Positions 1 to 9,435 are shown, counted from the stretch's first letter. The stretch: DNA of 64,000 nt from Candidatus Cloacimonadales bacterium (GCA_963663475.2 CAXXJV010000001.1:1280001-1344000), one strand, 5' to 3'. The notes: generated by a model not told the origin, from the sequence alone. Numbers and translations are program-made.

Positions 1-755
1 ATTTCTACTCACAACAATCACCCATGGCTTTTATAATTTTTAATCCCAGCATGACAAGTCCACCTACAGAAGAGGAGTATTTTGTCCCCTCAGATGGAGA
101 TAAATACATTGTGTCTTTTAGTGCAACATACCCTCCAAATGATGACTGGTTGATATCTCCCCTTATGTTTATCGAGGATGATACTACAGTCTCATTTATG
201 GCAAAATCGATAGTGGAAGATTATGGTTTAGAGAGATTTAATGTTTTTGTTTCATTAGGCTCGACAGACCCTGAGGATTTTACTCTCATATCAGGTGATC
301 CTTATGTTGAAGCTCCTGCTGAATGGACAAATTTTTCTTATAGTTTGGATAATTATAGTGGCGAGATGGCTAGAATTGCAATCCAATGTGTTTCAGATAA
401 CTCTTTTATGTTTATGGTTGATGATTTTAAGGTAACAGCCCCTAATATCACTAGTAATAGTTCTGATGTCAGTCTTGCTACTTTTGAATTGCTTGGAAAT
501 TACCCAAACCCCTTTAACCCAGAAACTACCATTCAATTTACAACAGCAAAAGAGTCTGCTGTGAAGGTGCAAGTTTATAATACACGCGGACAGCTGGTTA
601 AAACATTAGTTAATAAAAGATTGAAACCTGGAAAGCACTCAGTTGTTTGGAATGGTAGGAATGAGAACAAGGAAAAAGTATCTTCAGGTATTTATTTGTA
701 TAAAGTTTCTTCTGGTAAAGAAAATCGTGTAAATAAAATGATACTCATGAAATAG
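1..755 (+). CDS. 5'-truncated secreted protein: cleaved-adhesin (choice-of-anchor J-like) domain plus FlgD-Ig/T9SS-type C-terminal sorting domain
   Basis: Frame is open to the window edge upstream of the ATG at 24. Cleaved-adhesin motifs NDDWLISP and FMVDDF; C-terminal NYPNPFNPET...WNG...SSGIYLY...KMILMK. Confidence 0.8.
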   Translation, partial: FYSQQSPMAFIIFNPSMTSPPTEEEYFVPSDGDKYIVSFSATYPPNDDWLISPLMFIEDDTTVSFMAKSIVEDYGLERFNVFVSLGSTDPEDFTLISGDPYVEAPAEWTNFSYSLDNYSGEMARIAIQCVSDNSFMFMVDDFKVTAPNITSNSSDVSLATFELLGNYPNPFNPETTIQFTTAKESAVKVQVYNTRGQLVKTLVNKRLKPGKHSVVWNGRNENKEKVSSGIYLYKVSSGKENRVNKMILMK

Positions 756-1047
756 TTGACAGAAAAGTACAAAAATAGTAATAGATTACAGAGGGAGGAT
801 TACTCTCTCTATAATTAAATTAAATTTAAAGATATGGATATAGTTAAGAAAGGGGCTAAAGTTCTCCTGCTCCATTCTGCTTTAGATACGTTTATTGGTT
901 TATTCTTGATTGTCACTCTCTCAAAAAAGTATTGGAAATTTATAGAGAGAGTAACAATCAAGAGATAGTTAAGAGTGATAAGTAATATTCATTGACAAAT
1001 AAATTCATCAAACAAAAATAATATCACTAAACATTTGGAGAATATAT

Positions 1048-3603
1048 ATGTTAAGAAAAGTTATAGTCATATTCCTACTTGTTGTTATACAAGGTCTATT
1101 TTCATCAGTTCCGGAAAAATACATCAGTATAACAATACAATCCCCAGAAGATATTTCCAGTCTAACTAAATTAGTATCAATAGATAACAGGCAAGATAAT
1201 ACTATCTATGCTTATGCTCTGCCAGAGCAACTAGAAAGATTACAGGAATTAGGTATCATATATGAGTTACAAACACTTCCAATGGATGAACGAGCAACTC
1301 TTACTATGGCTACAAATATAGAAGAAATGTTTAATTGGGATAGATATCCTATTTATGAAGTTTACTTAGAAATGATGAGTAATTTTGCCAGTGATTACCC
1401 TAATCTCTGTCTTCTAGAGAATATAGGTTATTCCCAGAACAACAGACAGATACCTGTTGTAAAAATAACAAGTAATGTTAATCAAGAAACAGCAAAACCA
1501 GCTTTTTATTATTCAGGTCAAATGCATGGCGATGAAGTAGTTTCATATATATTATTACTTAGGTTAATTGATGAACTCCTAAGCAATTATGGAAGTGATC
1601 AAGAGATTACAGACTTGGTAAACACAACAGAGATTTGGATAAATCCTTTGGCTAATCCAGATGGAACCTATTATGGAGGCAATCATACAGTTAGTAATGC
1701 TAGAAGATATCTTGCCAATAATTTAGATGCCAACAGAAATTATATAGACTTTATTGATGGCTACCCAGGTACTGGTTCTTCGACTACGGTTTCTCAAGAG
1801 AACTTAGATCAAATAAGCTTCATGACTGGTAAAGGTATTGTTATGTCTGCCAACACTCATAGTGGTCAAGAAGTAGTCAACTATCCTTGGGATACAATTC
1901 CTGGACTACATCCAGATGATTTATGGTACCAGCAGATTAGTCGAGTTTATGCTGATGCGGTTCATGAAGATGCACCAGCTACTTATATGGATGGTTTTGA
2001 TGATGGTATTACTAATGGTTATGAGTGGTATGAAGCTAATGGGACCAGACAGGACTACGCTAATTATTATCTGGGGATTAGGGAGATAACTATAGAACAT
2101 TCAATGGTTAAACTTTTAGATGTTAATGAATTGAATAATCATTGGACTTATAATCGGGACGCCTTAATTCAGCTAATGAAGCAAGTTCATTATGGTATCA
2201 AAGGTAATATAAGTGATTATCAAGGTAATCCTTTAGTAGCTAGTGTGGAAATATTAAATCATGATATTGATGTAACAAAAGTCAAATCAAATGGAGATTT
2301 TGGAGATTATTATCGTCCAATATATCCTGGTACTTATGATGTTAAGATAAGTGCTGAAGGTTATGAAAGCCAAATCTTTACTAATGTTGTTGTTAGTCCT
2401 AATAGCTCAGTTACTTTGGATGCTGTTTTCGGTCAAGAAGAACTAAGTCAAAATATTCAATTAAATTCAGGCTGGAACTTGATTAGTTATAATCTAGATT
2501 ATGAAGATTTATCTCCTACAAGCATTTTTTCAGATATTATAGATAATGTTCAAGAAATCAAAAATATGACACAGACTTATTCTCCTAATCTTCCTTACTA
2601 TTTCAATACTTTAGATAATCTTCTTCCACAAGAAGGCTATTGGGTTAATGTTAATGAAAATAGCTTGTTAGAACTAAGTGGGAATGCTTATGATCAGGCG
2701 AGTGTTATAGAATTAAACGCAGGTTGGAATTTAGTTGGTTTTTTACCACAAGTAAGCACTTCACCAGAAATTGCTTTGAGCTCAATTGGCGATAATTTAA
2801 TACAGGTAAAAGACCTTACTTCTATTTATAATCCTGCTATGCCAGATGTCTTTAATACAATGGATCTAATGTCTCCTAGTAAGGGGTATTGGATTGAAGT
2901 AGGAAATCCTTGCTCCTTAATTTATAATATTCAACCTGTTAGCAAAGTAGTAAGAGAAAATAATTCCCCTTGGGATATAAGCATTTACCCAAACAATAGT
3001 GCTATAGTCTATGCAGAATTTGAAACAGATGAATTTCAAATTGATTATGACAATGACTATATAGGTGTCTTCTCAGCAGGAGAATCCTTAGGAGCTGGAC
3101 TACTTAGTTATTATGAAGATCATGCAGGCAATGAAAAAGACATAGTAGCGCTTGTTGTTCAGATGCCAAGTAATCAAGCAAATTATAACTTTGTTTATTA
3201 CAGAGGCCAAGAAAATCAAAGTCTTACTTTAAATCAAGAAATAACCTTGCAAGCAGGTCAAGTTTATGGACAGCTACCTGATCAGCTAATAAGTCTAGAA
3301 TATCAGGCAACAGAGAATAGTAACGATAATGTAGAGCAAGTTAACTCTATTACCCTTTATGCTAAGTCTAATCCTTTTTCAAATATTTTGAATATTGGTC
3401 TAAATGCAAAAAATGAACAAGATCTTGAGCTAAGTCTTTATAATCTAAAAGGTCAGAAAGTAGCTTCAAAAAAACTTAGATTAAATTCTGGGCAAATGAC
3501 TGATATTTCCTTTAATACTCATAAGTTAGCCTCAGGTATCTACTTCCTAAGAACAAAAGGTTGTAGAAAAACATCAACACTTAAGCTTATAAAAATTAAG
3601 TAA
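1048..3603 (+). CDS. Secreted M14 zinc carboxypeptidase with carboxypeptidase-regulatory-like domain, two LxxGWNL repeats and T9SS-type C-terminal domain
   Basis: Signal peptide; HGDE zinc motif, NPDG, NRNY, catalytic ITIE; C-terminal NPF...YNLKGQ...LASGIYFL...KLIKIK; RBS GGAG. Confidence 0.88.
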   Translation: MLRKVIVIFLLVVIQGLFSSVPEKYISITIQSPEDISSLTKLVSIDNRQDNTIYAYALPEQLERLQELGIIYELQTLPMDERATLTMATNIEEMFNWDRYPIYEVYLEMMSNFASDYPNLCLLENIGYSQNNRQIPVVKITSNVNQETAKPAFYYSGQMHGDEVVSYILLLRLIDELLSNYGSDQEITDLVNTTEIWINPLANPDGTYYGGNHTVSNARRYLANNLDANRNYIDFIDGYPGTGSSTTVSQENLDQISFMTGKGIVMSANTHSGQEVVNYPWDTIPGLHPDDLWYQQISRVYADAVHEDAPATYMDGFDDGITNGYEWYEANGTRQDYANYYLGIREITIEHSMVKLLDVNELNNHWTYNRDALIQLMKQVHYGIKGNISDYQGNPLVASVEILNHDIDVTKVKSNGDFGDYYRPIYPGTYDVKISAEGYESQIFTNVVVSPNSSVTLDAVFGQEELSQNIQLNSGWNLISYNLDYEDLSPTSIFSDIIDNVQEIKNMTQTYSPNLPYYFNTLDNLLPQEGYWVNVNENSLLELSGNAYDQASVIELNAGWNLVGFLPQVSTSPEIALSSIGDNLIQVKDLTSIYNPAMPDVFNTMDLMSPSKGYWIEVGNPCSLIYNIQPVSKVVRENNSPWDISIYPNNSAIVYAEFETDEFQIDYDNDYIGVFSAGESLGAGLLSYYEDHAGNEKDIVALVVQMPSNQANYNFVYYRGQENQSLTLNQEITLQAGQVYGQLPDQLISLEYQATENSNDNVEQVNSITLYAKSNPFSNILNIGLNAKNEQDLELSLYNLKGQKVASKKLRLNSGQMTDISFNTHKLASGIYFLRTKGCRKTSTLKLIKIK

Positions 3604-3851
3604 AATTTGGGAAATCTCTTAGATTATTGGATTTTATTACAGAATTTCAGGTAAGTTCTTGGAAATTTCTTTATATATGCTCTTTCTTATAGTTGATTGA
3701 AAGAATATAAAAATAAAAGTTAAAAAAAATAATTTTTTTCTTGCCAAAATAAAATTAATATTAATAATGTACTTAGACTTAGATGAGTTATCAAATGATT
3801 TTTTATCTAAGCTGAAATTAAACCTACAGACCCTACATAGAATGCCCTCCG

Positions 3852-3890
3852 ACAGCGGGGTTACCACCCGGTAACTTCGCTGTTTTTTTT
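3852..3890 (+). terminator. Intrinsic terminator in the leader of the PHP phosphatase gene (attenuator candidate)
   Basis: 14-bp stem ACAGCGGGGTTACC/GGTAACTTCGCTGT (2 G-U), loop ACCC, followed by a T run; ends about 25 nt before ATG 3915. Confidence 0.75.
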
Positions 3891-3914
3891 ATTATTTTTT
3901 AAGGAGATTTTAAA

Positions 3915-4664
3915 ATGAAGAAAGATTATCATATTCACACCCATATCAGTAAGGATAGCAAACTCAATCCAGATGAATTAATCCTAAAAGCTATAGACTG
4001 TAATTATGCAGAAATTGCCTTTACTGATCACTTAGAATTTCTCTTTCCCCAATGGTCTTTTCATCAAGAATACTCATTTGTGGATTATTTAGACTTTTTT
4101 ACTAACTTACAAGAAAAGTATTCATCACAAATTAAGATTTTACGAGGTGTGGAAATAGGGGAGTATCAAGAAACAAAAGAGCAAGTGTTAGACTACTTTG
4201 CAGGTCTAAGACCAGATATTATACTTGGATCAGTTCATACTATCCTACCAGATAAAGATATCTCTCTTCCTTTTGCTAAACCACTATCTAAACAAGATAT
4301 TATTAGCTACTACAAAGCAAATTTAAAACTAGTGGAAAAGTGCCAGATAGATGTTTTAGCTCATTTAGGTATTTTCGCTCGTTACCTCCAACATAATATA
4401 AAAGAAGGATTACCAATCTGTAAAGATATTTTCCAAGTTATGAAGGAGAAAGAAATAGCCTTGGAAATAAACTATTCTGGCTTGAGAAAGGTAACTAAAC
4501 AAATAATACCCCATCTTGAAGTTCTTGAATTATATGCTAACGAAGGTGGTGAATTGATATCTCTAGGGTCAGATAGTCACCAAGTAAGTGATTTTGATGA
4601 TAATTATGAAAAAACTTGGGCTATTCTTAAAGATAATGGTTTTGGGATGTTTGAAAACAAATAA
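3915..4664 (+). CDS. PHP-family histidinol-phosphatase (HisJ/HisK family)
   Basis: DYHIHT, FTDH, GVEIG, GSVH, LAHL, LEIN and GSDSH PHP motifs; RBS AAGGAG. Confidence 0.85.
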   Translation: MKKDYHIHTHISKDSKLNPDELILKAIDCNYAEIAFTDHLEFLFPQWSFHQEYSFVDYLDFFTNLQEKYSSQIKILRGVEIGEYQETKEQVLDYFAGLRPDIILGSVHTILPDKDISLPFAKPLSKQDIISYYKANLKLVEKCQIDVLAHLGIFARYLQHNIKEGLPICKDIFQVMKEKEIALEINYSGLRKVTKQIIPHLEVLELYANEGGELISLGSDSHQVSDFDDNYEKTWAILKDNGFGMFENK

Positions 4665-4696
4665 TGCAGTAGACCTTTGCGAATAGCAGAATATTC

Positions 4697-5165
4697 GGCT
4701 CAAGTTCAAGTCTGGTGGGAATAACATAGGGAAATGAGAATATTTCATTACTATATTGATTCATCAAAAATCCCTGAAAGGGATAAAATAATTTAGCCCA
4801 GGGTAAGATGCTGAAAGTATCGCAACCCTGGGTAATGATGGCTAACCCGAAGATATTACCCTGTAAGGGTTTAATAAAAAGATAAATAATGTATTATAAT
4901 AAGTCTATGGTATATATGATGTTATTTAACCCTTTCAGGGTTCAGGCTTTGTTTTACATCCAGTACCCGGGGTTGCATTCCCTTCAGGAATTTACCCCGG
5001 GCTAAACTATTTATCCCCTTTGGGGATTTAAGACTCATCCCTTCAGGATTTAGGACTTCTCATCAAACAAAACATACTATTGACAGTATATTCTTACTTG
5101 TAACATTCTGTCATTCAATTAATATGCTATACTATAAGTCTCTTTTTATCCACCAAACTTGAACC
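4697..5165 (+). mobile_element. MITE-B copy 1 (GGCTC...GTTCAAGTCTGGTGG terminal inverted repeat, 8-bp TSD GAATATTC) carrying a REP-like doublet
   Basis: GAATATTC at 4689-4696 and 5166-5173; ends GGCTCAAGTTCAAGTCTGGTGG / CCACCAAACTTGAACC; near-identical inverted copy at 52966-53442. Confidence 0.85.
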
Positions 5166-5259
5166 GAATATTCTTCTGCAAAAGTAACTTACTTAATTCT
5201 CCCGAATATATGTATATTATATGCCTTCAAATTCTGCAAGCTATTTTGCTAAAATAATT

Positions 5260-5785
5260 GGCTCTTGTTCAAGTCTGGTGGAAGAAAATTAGTAAAAATA
5301 CAAAATTTTATAATTAGTTTGATTATCCAAAACATCCCTGTAAGGGATTAGTAATTTAGCCTAGGGTAAGCTACCACAGGGAGCGTCACCCTAGGTACAA
5401 TGACCTAAACAAAACCGTAACCCTGTAAGGGTTTCATATAATTCTAACATGTTATTATAATAAGTATCTTGCTGATTTTATATGGAATGGAAGCATCCTT
5501 GCTTCCACATTTTTCTTATGGTAAGGATGCCATAAGTCCATAATTAAACCCTTTCAGGGTTACCAACTTTAGATGCATCAAAACCCAGGGTGGCAATCCC
5601 TTCAGGATTTTACCCTGGGCTAATTTATTCATCCCCTCTGGGGATATAAGACCTATCCTTTCAGGATTAAGTCTTATTCAGCAAAAACCAAGAACCAATA
5701 TAACAATATAATCCGTAAACTACTGTAATACAATATCTAGTTCAAAATAATACTAAATTATTTCCACTAGACTTGAACTTGAACT
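5260..5785. mobile_element. MITE-B copy 2 (8-bp TSD AAATAATT) carrying a diverged REP-like doublet
   Basis: AAATAATT at 5252-5259 and 5786-5793; ends GGCTCTTGTTCAAGTCTGGTGG / CCACTAGACTTGAACTTGAACT. Confidence 0.8.
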
Positions 5786-5916
5786 AAATAATTTAGCACT
5801 CTTCACCTGTGATGCTTAGCTTTAGCCAAGTATTACTAAAAACTCTACTCCACTATCTGGGTTAAACTTTAACCAAAATTATTTTTCACATTTCCCACTC
5901 TACTTTGGAGAGAGGC

Positions 5917-5949
5917 AAAAAAAGGAAAGGTTCAGCTGAACCTTTCCTT
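5917..5949 (-). terminator. Intrinsic terminator of the trxA-oxidoreductase unit
   Basis: Perfect 28-bp palindrome AAGGAAAGGTTCAGCTGAACCTTTCCTT preceded by an A run (U tail on the minus strand). Confidence 0.65.
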
Positions 5950-5981
5950 GGGGATGAATTTCAATTAGGAGAAATTGAGTT

Positions 5982-6152
5982 TTAACCCAAATAATGCAGT
6001 AGACCTTTGCGAATAGCAGAATATTCTTCTGCAAAAGTAAGCTACATAATTTTGAGGAATATATATATTATATGCCTTCAAATTCTGTAACTTATTTTGC
6101 TAAAAGAATCTAGCACTCTTCATCAAAGTTCTAATGCACCATTCGGGTTTAA
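5982..6152 (+). mobile_element. MITE-A, full-length copy (~170 bp)
   Basis: Imperfect terminal inverted repeats TTAACCCAAATAATGCAGTAGA / TCTAATGCACCATTCGGGTTTAA; internal sequence shared with 9268, 47452 and 49288. Confidence 0.8.
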
Positions 6153-7552
6153 GCTAACATTTTTATACTTTTTTTAATTAATTTACTGTCCATTGCATTC
6201 ATCATCCAATCTTCTGCTACCATCTTATTAAGCATTGATATTGAAGGGAAGGAATGCATCATCATCATGATATCTAGGAGACTCTTCTTATATTGAATGG
6301 CCATAGTCCACTCGTGAATTAACTCACTAGCTGCCTCTCCAACTATAGAAGCTCCAAAAATCTTACCTCGTGCATTAGTCAAGATCTTGATAAAACCTTG
6401 AGGGTGACCATCTGCAACAGTTCTTCCATAAGATTTATATTCTTTTTTTACTACTTGATATTTAATTCCCTTAGCCTTAGCTTCTTTTTCAGTTAAGCCA
6501 ACTTGGGCAACTTCTGGTTTAGTAAAAACTGACCAAGGTACTACATAGTTAGATCTTTTAAGTTTTGGAAGGGCCATAGGACTGAGGAAATGCATTAAGG
6601 AAAGCATTCCTTGGTGCATAGCTGCATGAGAAAATAAGTTATGTCCATTACAATCTCCAACAGCATAAATATGCTTCTTATTGGTCCTACCATATTCATC
6701 AACAATAATACCCTTACGGTTGTAAGCTATCTTTGCATTATCCAATTGCAAGTTAGCTAGTAGAGGTTGGCGTCCTGTAGCAACTAAGATTTCTTGTGAT
6801 TCTAGTACTCTTTTATCTGTGTAAGTATAAATGATACCATCTTTGTGTTCAACCTTAGTTATTTTTTCATTATTGAAGACTCCTATATCTTCCTTTACTA
6901 AACACTCTTCTAAATACTTACCTGCCTCAGCATCACCGGCTGGAACAAGATGAGCATCTTGATGTACAAGATTTACTTTTGTACCTAACCGGCTAAATGC
7001 TTGAGCCATTTCTGTGCCTATTGCACCACCACCGATTATTGTTAAACTTTTTGGCATTTCTTCCAGTTCAAACATGTTCATGTTAGTAAGCTTGGGAACT
7101 TCTGCAAGTCCTGGAATAGGGGGGATGAAGGGCTGGGTTCCTGTAGCAATAAAGATTGCTTTAGCAGTGTATCTCTTTCCATCGACCTCTACTATCTTAT
7201 CATCTAAGAAATGAGCATGACCTTTGCCAATTACTAAATCAACCTTTTCAAATACCTTCATGAACTTTTTATTATTAATGCCAGATATCTTGTCGCGTAC
7301 TACTGACATTGGGTCCTTACTACGTTCATATAAATCTGCTTCAATTCCATAAAATTGTAGGTTCTTTGCCAAACTGTTTACCTCTGCAGCTTTTAACAAA
7401 GCTTTACTGGGAATACAACCTACATTTAGACATTCACCACCAACTTTATGTTTCTCAATAGCTAAGACATCTAAACCCATGGCTGAAGCCATAGCAGAAA
7501 CTGACATTCCTGCTGGCCCCATACCAATAACTATTATATCTTTCTTAATCAT
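6149..7552 (-). CDS. Flavoprotein disulfide reductase (MerA/Lpd-like pyridine nucleotide-disulfide oxidoreductase, class I)
   Basis: IGMGPAG FAD site, GGECLNVGCIPSK redox-active disulfide, GGGAIG NAD(P) site, dimerization domain; no C-terminal Cys-Cys. Confidence 0.85.
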   Translation of the reverse strand: MIKKDIIVIGMGPAGMSVSAMASAMGLDVLAIEKHKVGGECLNVGCIPSKALLKAAEVNSLAKNLQFYGIEADLYERSKDPMSVVRDKISGINNKKFMKVFEKVDLVIGKGHAHFLDDKIVEVDGKRYTAKAIFIATGTQPFIPPIPGLAEVPKLTNMNMFELEEMPKSLTIIGGGAIGTEMAQAFSRLGTKVNLVHQDAHLVPAGDAEAGKYLEECLVKEDIGVFNNEKITKVEHKDGIIYTYTDKRVLESQEILVATGRQPLLANLQLDNAKIAYNRKGIIVDEYGRTNKKHIYAVGDCNGHNLFSHAAMHQGMLSLMHFLSPMALPKLKRSNYVVPWSVFTKPEVAQVGLTEKEAKAKGIKYQVVKKEYKSYGRTVADGHPQGFIKILTNARGKIFGASIVGEAASELIHEWTMAIQYKKSLLDIMMMMHSFPSISMLNKMVAEDWMMNAMDSKLIKKSIKMLA

Positions 7553-7596
7553 TTATTTCCACTCTCTCTTGTAATCTTGTGATATTGCTTAAATGA

Positions 7597-7953
7597 CTAA
7601 GATTTATTTATCAGTAACTTATCAATAGTCTCTTGGAAAGATTTTTTAGGTAAAGCTCCAGCTGCCATTGAAGGCTGTCCTTCTGTTGGAATAAATAATA
7701 TTGATGGAATTGATCTTATTCCAAACATTGCAGAAAGTTCTTGCTGTTCTTCAGTGTTTATTTTATAGATATCTACTTTCCCTTCATACTCTTTAGATAA
7801 TTCTTCTAAAATAGGTGCTACCATCTTACAAGGTCCACACCAATCAGCGTAAAAGTCAATCACTGCAGGTCTTTTCCCTTCAAACTTCCATTCTTTATTG
7901 TCTTCATAGTTAAATATTTTTTCTTTAAAACTTTGTAATGTTAAGTGTTCCAT
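7597..7953 (-). CDS. trxA: Thioredoxin
   Basis: DFYADWCGPC active site, IRSIPS cis-Pro loop. Confidence 0.92.
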   Translation of the reverse strand: MEHLTLQSFKEKIFNYEDNKEWKFEGKRPAVIDFYADWCGPCKMVAPILEELSKEYEGKVDIYKINTEEQQELSAMFGIRSIPSILFIPTEGQPSMAAGALPKKSFQETIDKLLINKS

Positions 7954-8170
7954 AATTACCTCTTTATTTTGTTTTTCTATAGTATAAAGTATTTGTTAAA
8001 ACATGCAAATAGTTTTTTAAATCTTTTTTATCCCATGATTAGTTAACAGTGTTATATTAAATTAAGAAAAGGAAAGTAAAAGCTTGACAAAACTTTATTC
8101 CATACAATAAAATGGCTTATATTAATTAGTAACATAAAGTAGATTAAATAACTCTTTAAAGGGGATTAAA

Positions 8171-9271
8171 ATGAAGAGGACAATCTTAATTTTATTATTT
8201 GTATGTCTGATAGGAATTATGTTAACAGGATGTGACAATAACAAGGAAGGACAGAAGGCTAGAGAAAACTTAAAAGTTGGTTTTTTATTTGTAGGTCCTA
8301 TCGGAGATGGGGGGTGGAACTATGCTCATAACAAAGGTTTGTTAGAAATAGAAGAGATTCCATACATTCAAGAAATACTCTATAGAGAAAATGCTTCAGA
8401 CACTGAAAGTAGTTTAATTGCTATTGAAGAATTGATTAAGGAGGGGGTAAACTTAATCTTTGCAACTTCCTATAATCATAAGGAAGCAACACTGCAAATG
8501 GCCAAGAAATATCCTGATGTTATCTTTGAATCCTGTTCTACTTTCCTTAAAGAAGCTAATATTGGTTCTTATTTTGGTAAAATATACCAAGGTTGGTATT
8601 TAGCTGGAATATTAGCAGGAATGAAGACAGATTCCAATAAGATTGGTATCATAGTAGCACATGCTAATCCAGAGTGTAAAAGAATTACCAATGCTTTTTC
8701 CTTAGGAATAAAGTCTATTAATCCACAAGCTCATGTTTATGTTGAGTGGATCCATTCCTGGTATAATCCTGTAAGAGAAAATGCAATTGCTAACAAGATG
8801 ATTGATATGGGATGCGATATTATTGCCCATAATAGTGATTCTAATGAGTCTCAGAAAGTTGCTGATAACAGAAATGTTTATTCTATTGGTTATAACACTG
8901 ATATGAAGACTTTTGCTCCTCGGAAAAATTTAGTTAGTGTAGTTTGGAACTGGGGTGATTTTTATGAAGCAAAGGTAGAAGAAGTATATGAGGGAAGATG
9001 GCAAGCAAGCAAGATATGGGCTGAGCTAGATTCTGGCTTATTTGGTTTAACAGAGCTTGATAGTCATTTTGAAGATTCTCAGATAAGTATCTTAGAAGAA
9101 AAGATAGAAGAGATTAAGGCAAAGGAATTAGTTATTTTCTCAGGCCAAATTTGGGATAATGAGGGCCAAGTCCGAGTTAAATCTGGACAATCACTTACTG
9201 ATGAAGAATTATTAACAATAGACTGGTTAGTCGATAATATTACAGTACTAAATCCTATTGCTAAAGATTAA
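8171..9271 (+). CDS. BMP-family (nucleoside/purine) ABC substrate-binding lipoprotein
   Basis: Lipobox LTGC; KVGFLFVGPIGDGGWNYAH and WYNP motifs typical of the BMP family. Confidence 0.85.
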   Translation: MKRTILILLFVCLIGIMLTGCDNNKEGQKARENLKVGFLFVGPIGDGGWNYAHNKGLLEIEEIPYIQEILYRENASDTESSLIAIEELIKEGVNLIFATSYNHKEATLQMAKKYPDVIFESCSTFLKEANIGSYFGKIYQGWYLAGILAGMKTDSNKIGIIVAHANPECKRITNAFSLGIKSINPQAHVYVEWIHSWYNPVRENAIANKMIDMGCDIIAHNSDSNESQKVADNRNVYSIGYNTDMKTFAPRKNLVSVVWNWGDFYEAKVEEVYEGRWQASKIWAELDSGLFGLTELDSHFEDSQISILEEKIEEIKAKELVIFSGQIWDNEGQVRVKSGQSLTDEELLTIDWLVDNITVLNPIAKD

Positions 9272-9435
9272 GCCAATAATGCAGTAGATCTTTGTGACTA
9301 GTACTATATTCTTCTGCAAAAGTAACTTCATGATTTCTTCGAATATATATAATATATGCGTCAAAATTCTGTAAGCTATTTTGCAAGAATAATCTGCACT
9401 CTTCACTAAAGCTCTACTACACCATTCGGGATTAA
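9268..9435 (+). mobile_element. MITE-A copy starting at the BMP gene stop codon
   Basis: TTAAGCCAATAATGCAGTAGA ... CTCTACTACACCATTCGGGATTAA; internal similarity to 5982-6152. Confidence 0.8.

Larger units (their letters stand above)
4655..5865 (+). mobile_element. MITE-A copy (IS982-like ACCC ends) interrupted by two MITE-B insertions
   Basis: Removing 4697-5165 and 5260-5785 plus one copy of each 8-bp duplication restores a sequence collinear with the MITE-A copy at 5982-6152. Confidence 0.8.

Noticed and set aside
3637-3867. 76-aa minus-strand ORF and a T-box-like GGGTGGTAACCCCG on the minus strand
   Set aside because: Low-complexity ORF overlapping a promoter and leader; the motif is just the terminator stem read backwards, with no stem I and no downstream gene on that strand.
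5793-5819. TTAGCACTC half-CIRCE inside MITE-A
   Set aside because: The second half-site matches only 4 of 9 and there is no downstream heat-shock gene.
4665-6148. Possible CRISPR array or transposase in the repeat-rich intergenic region
   Set aside because: No regularly spaced identical repeats with unique spacers, no cas genes and no long ORF; explained by nested MITEs.
6149-7552. Mercuric reductase (merA) call
   Set aside because: Lacks the C-terminal Cys-Cys and any mer operon context.
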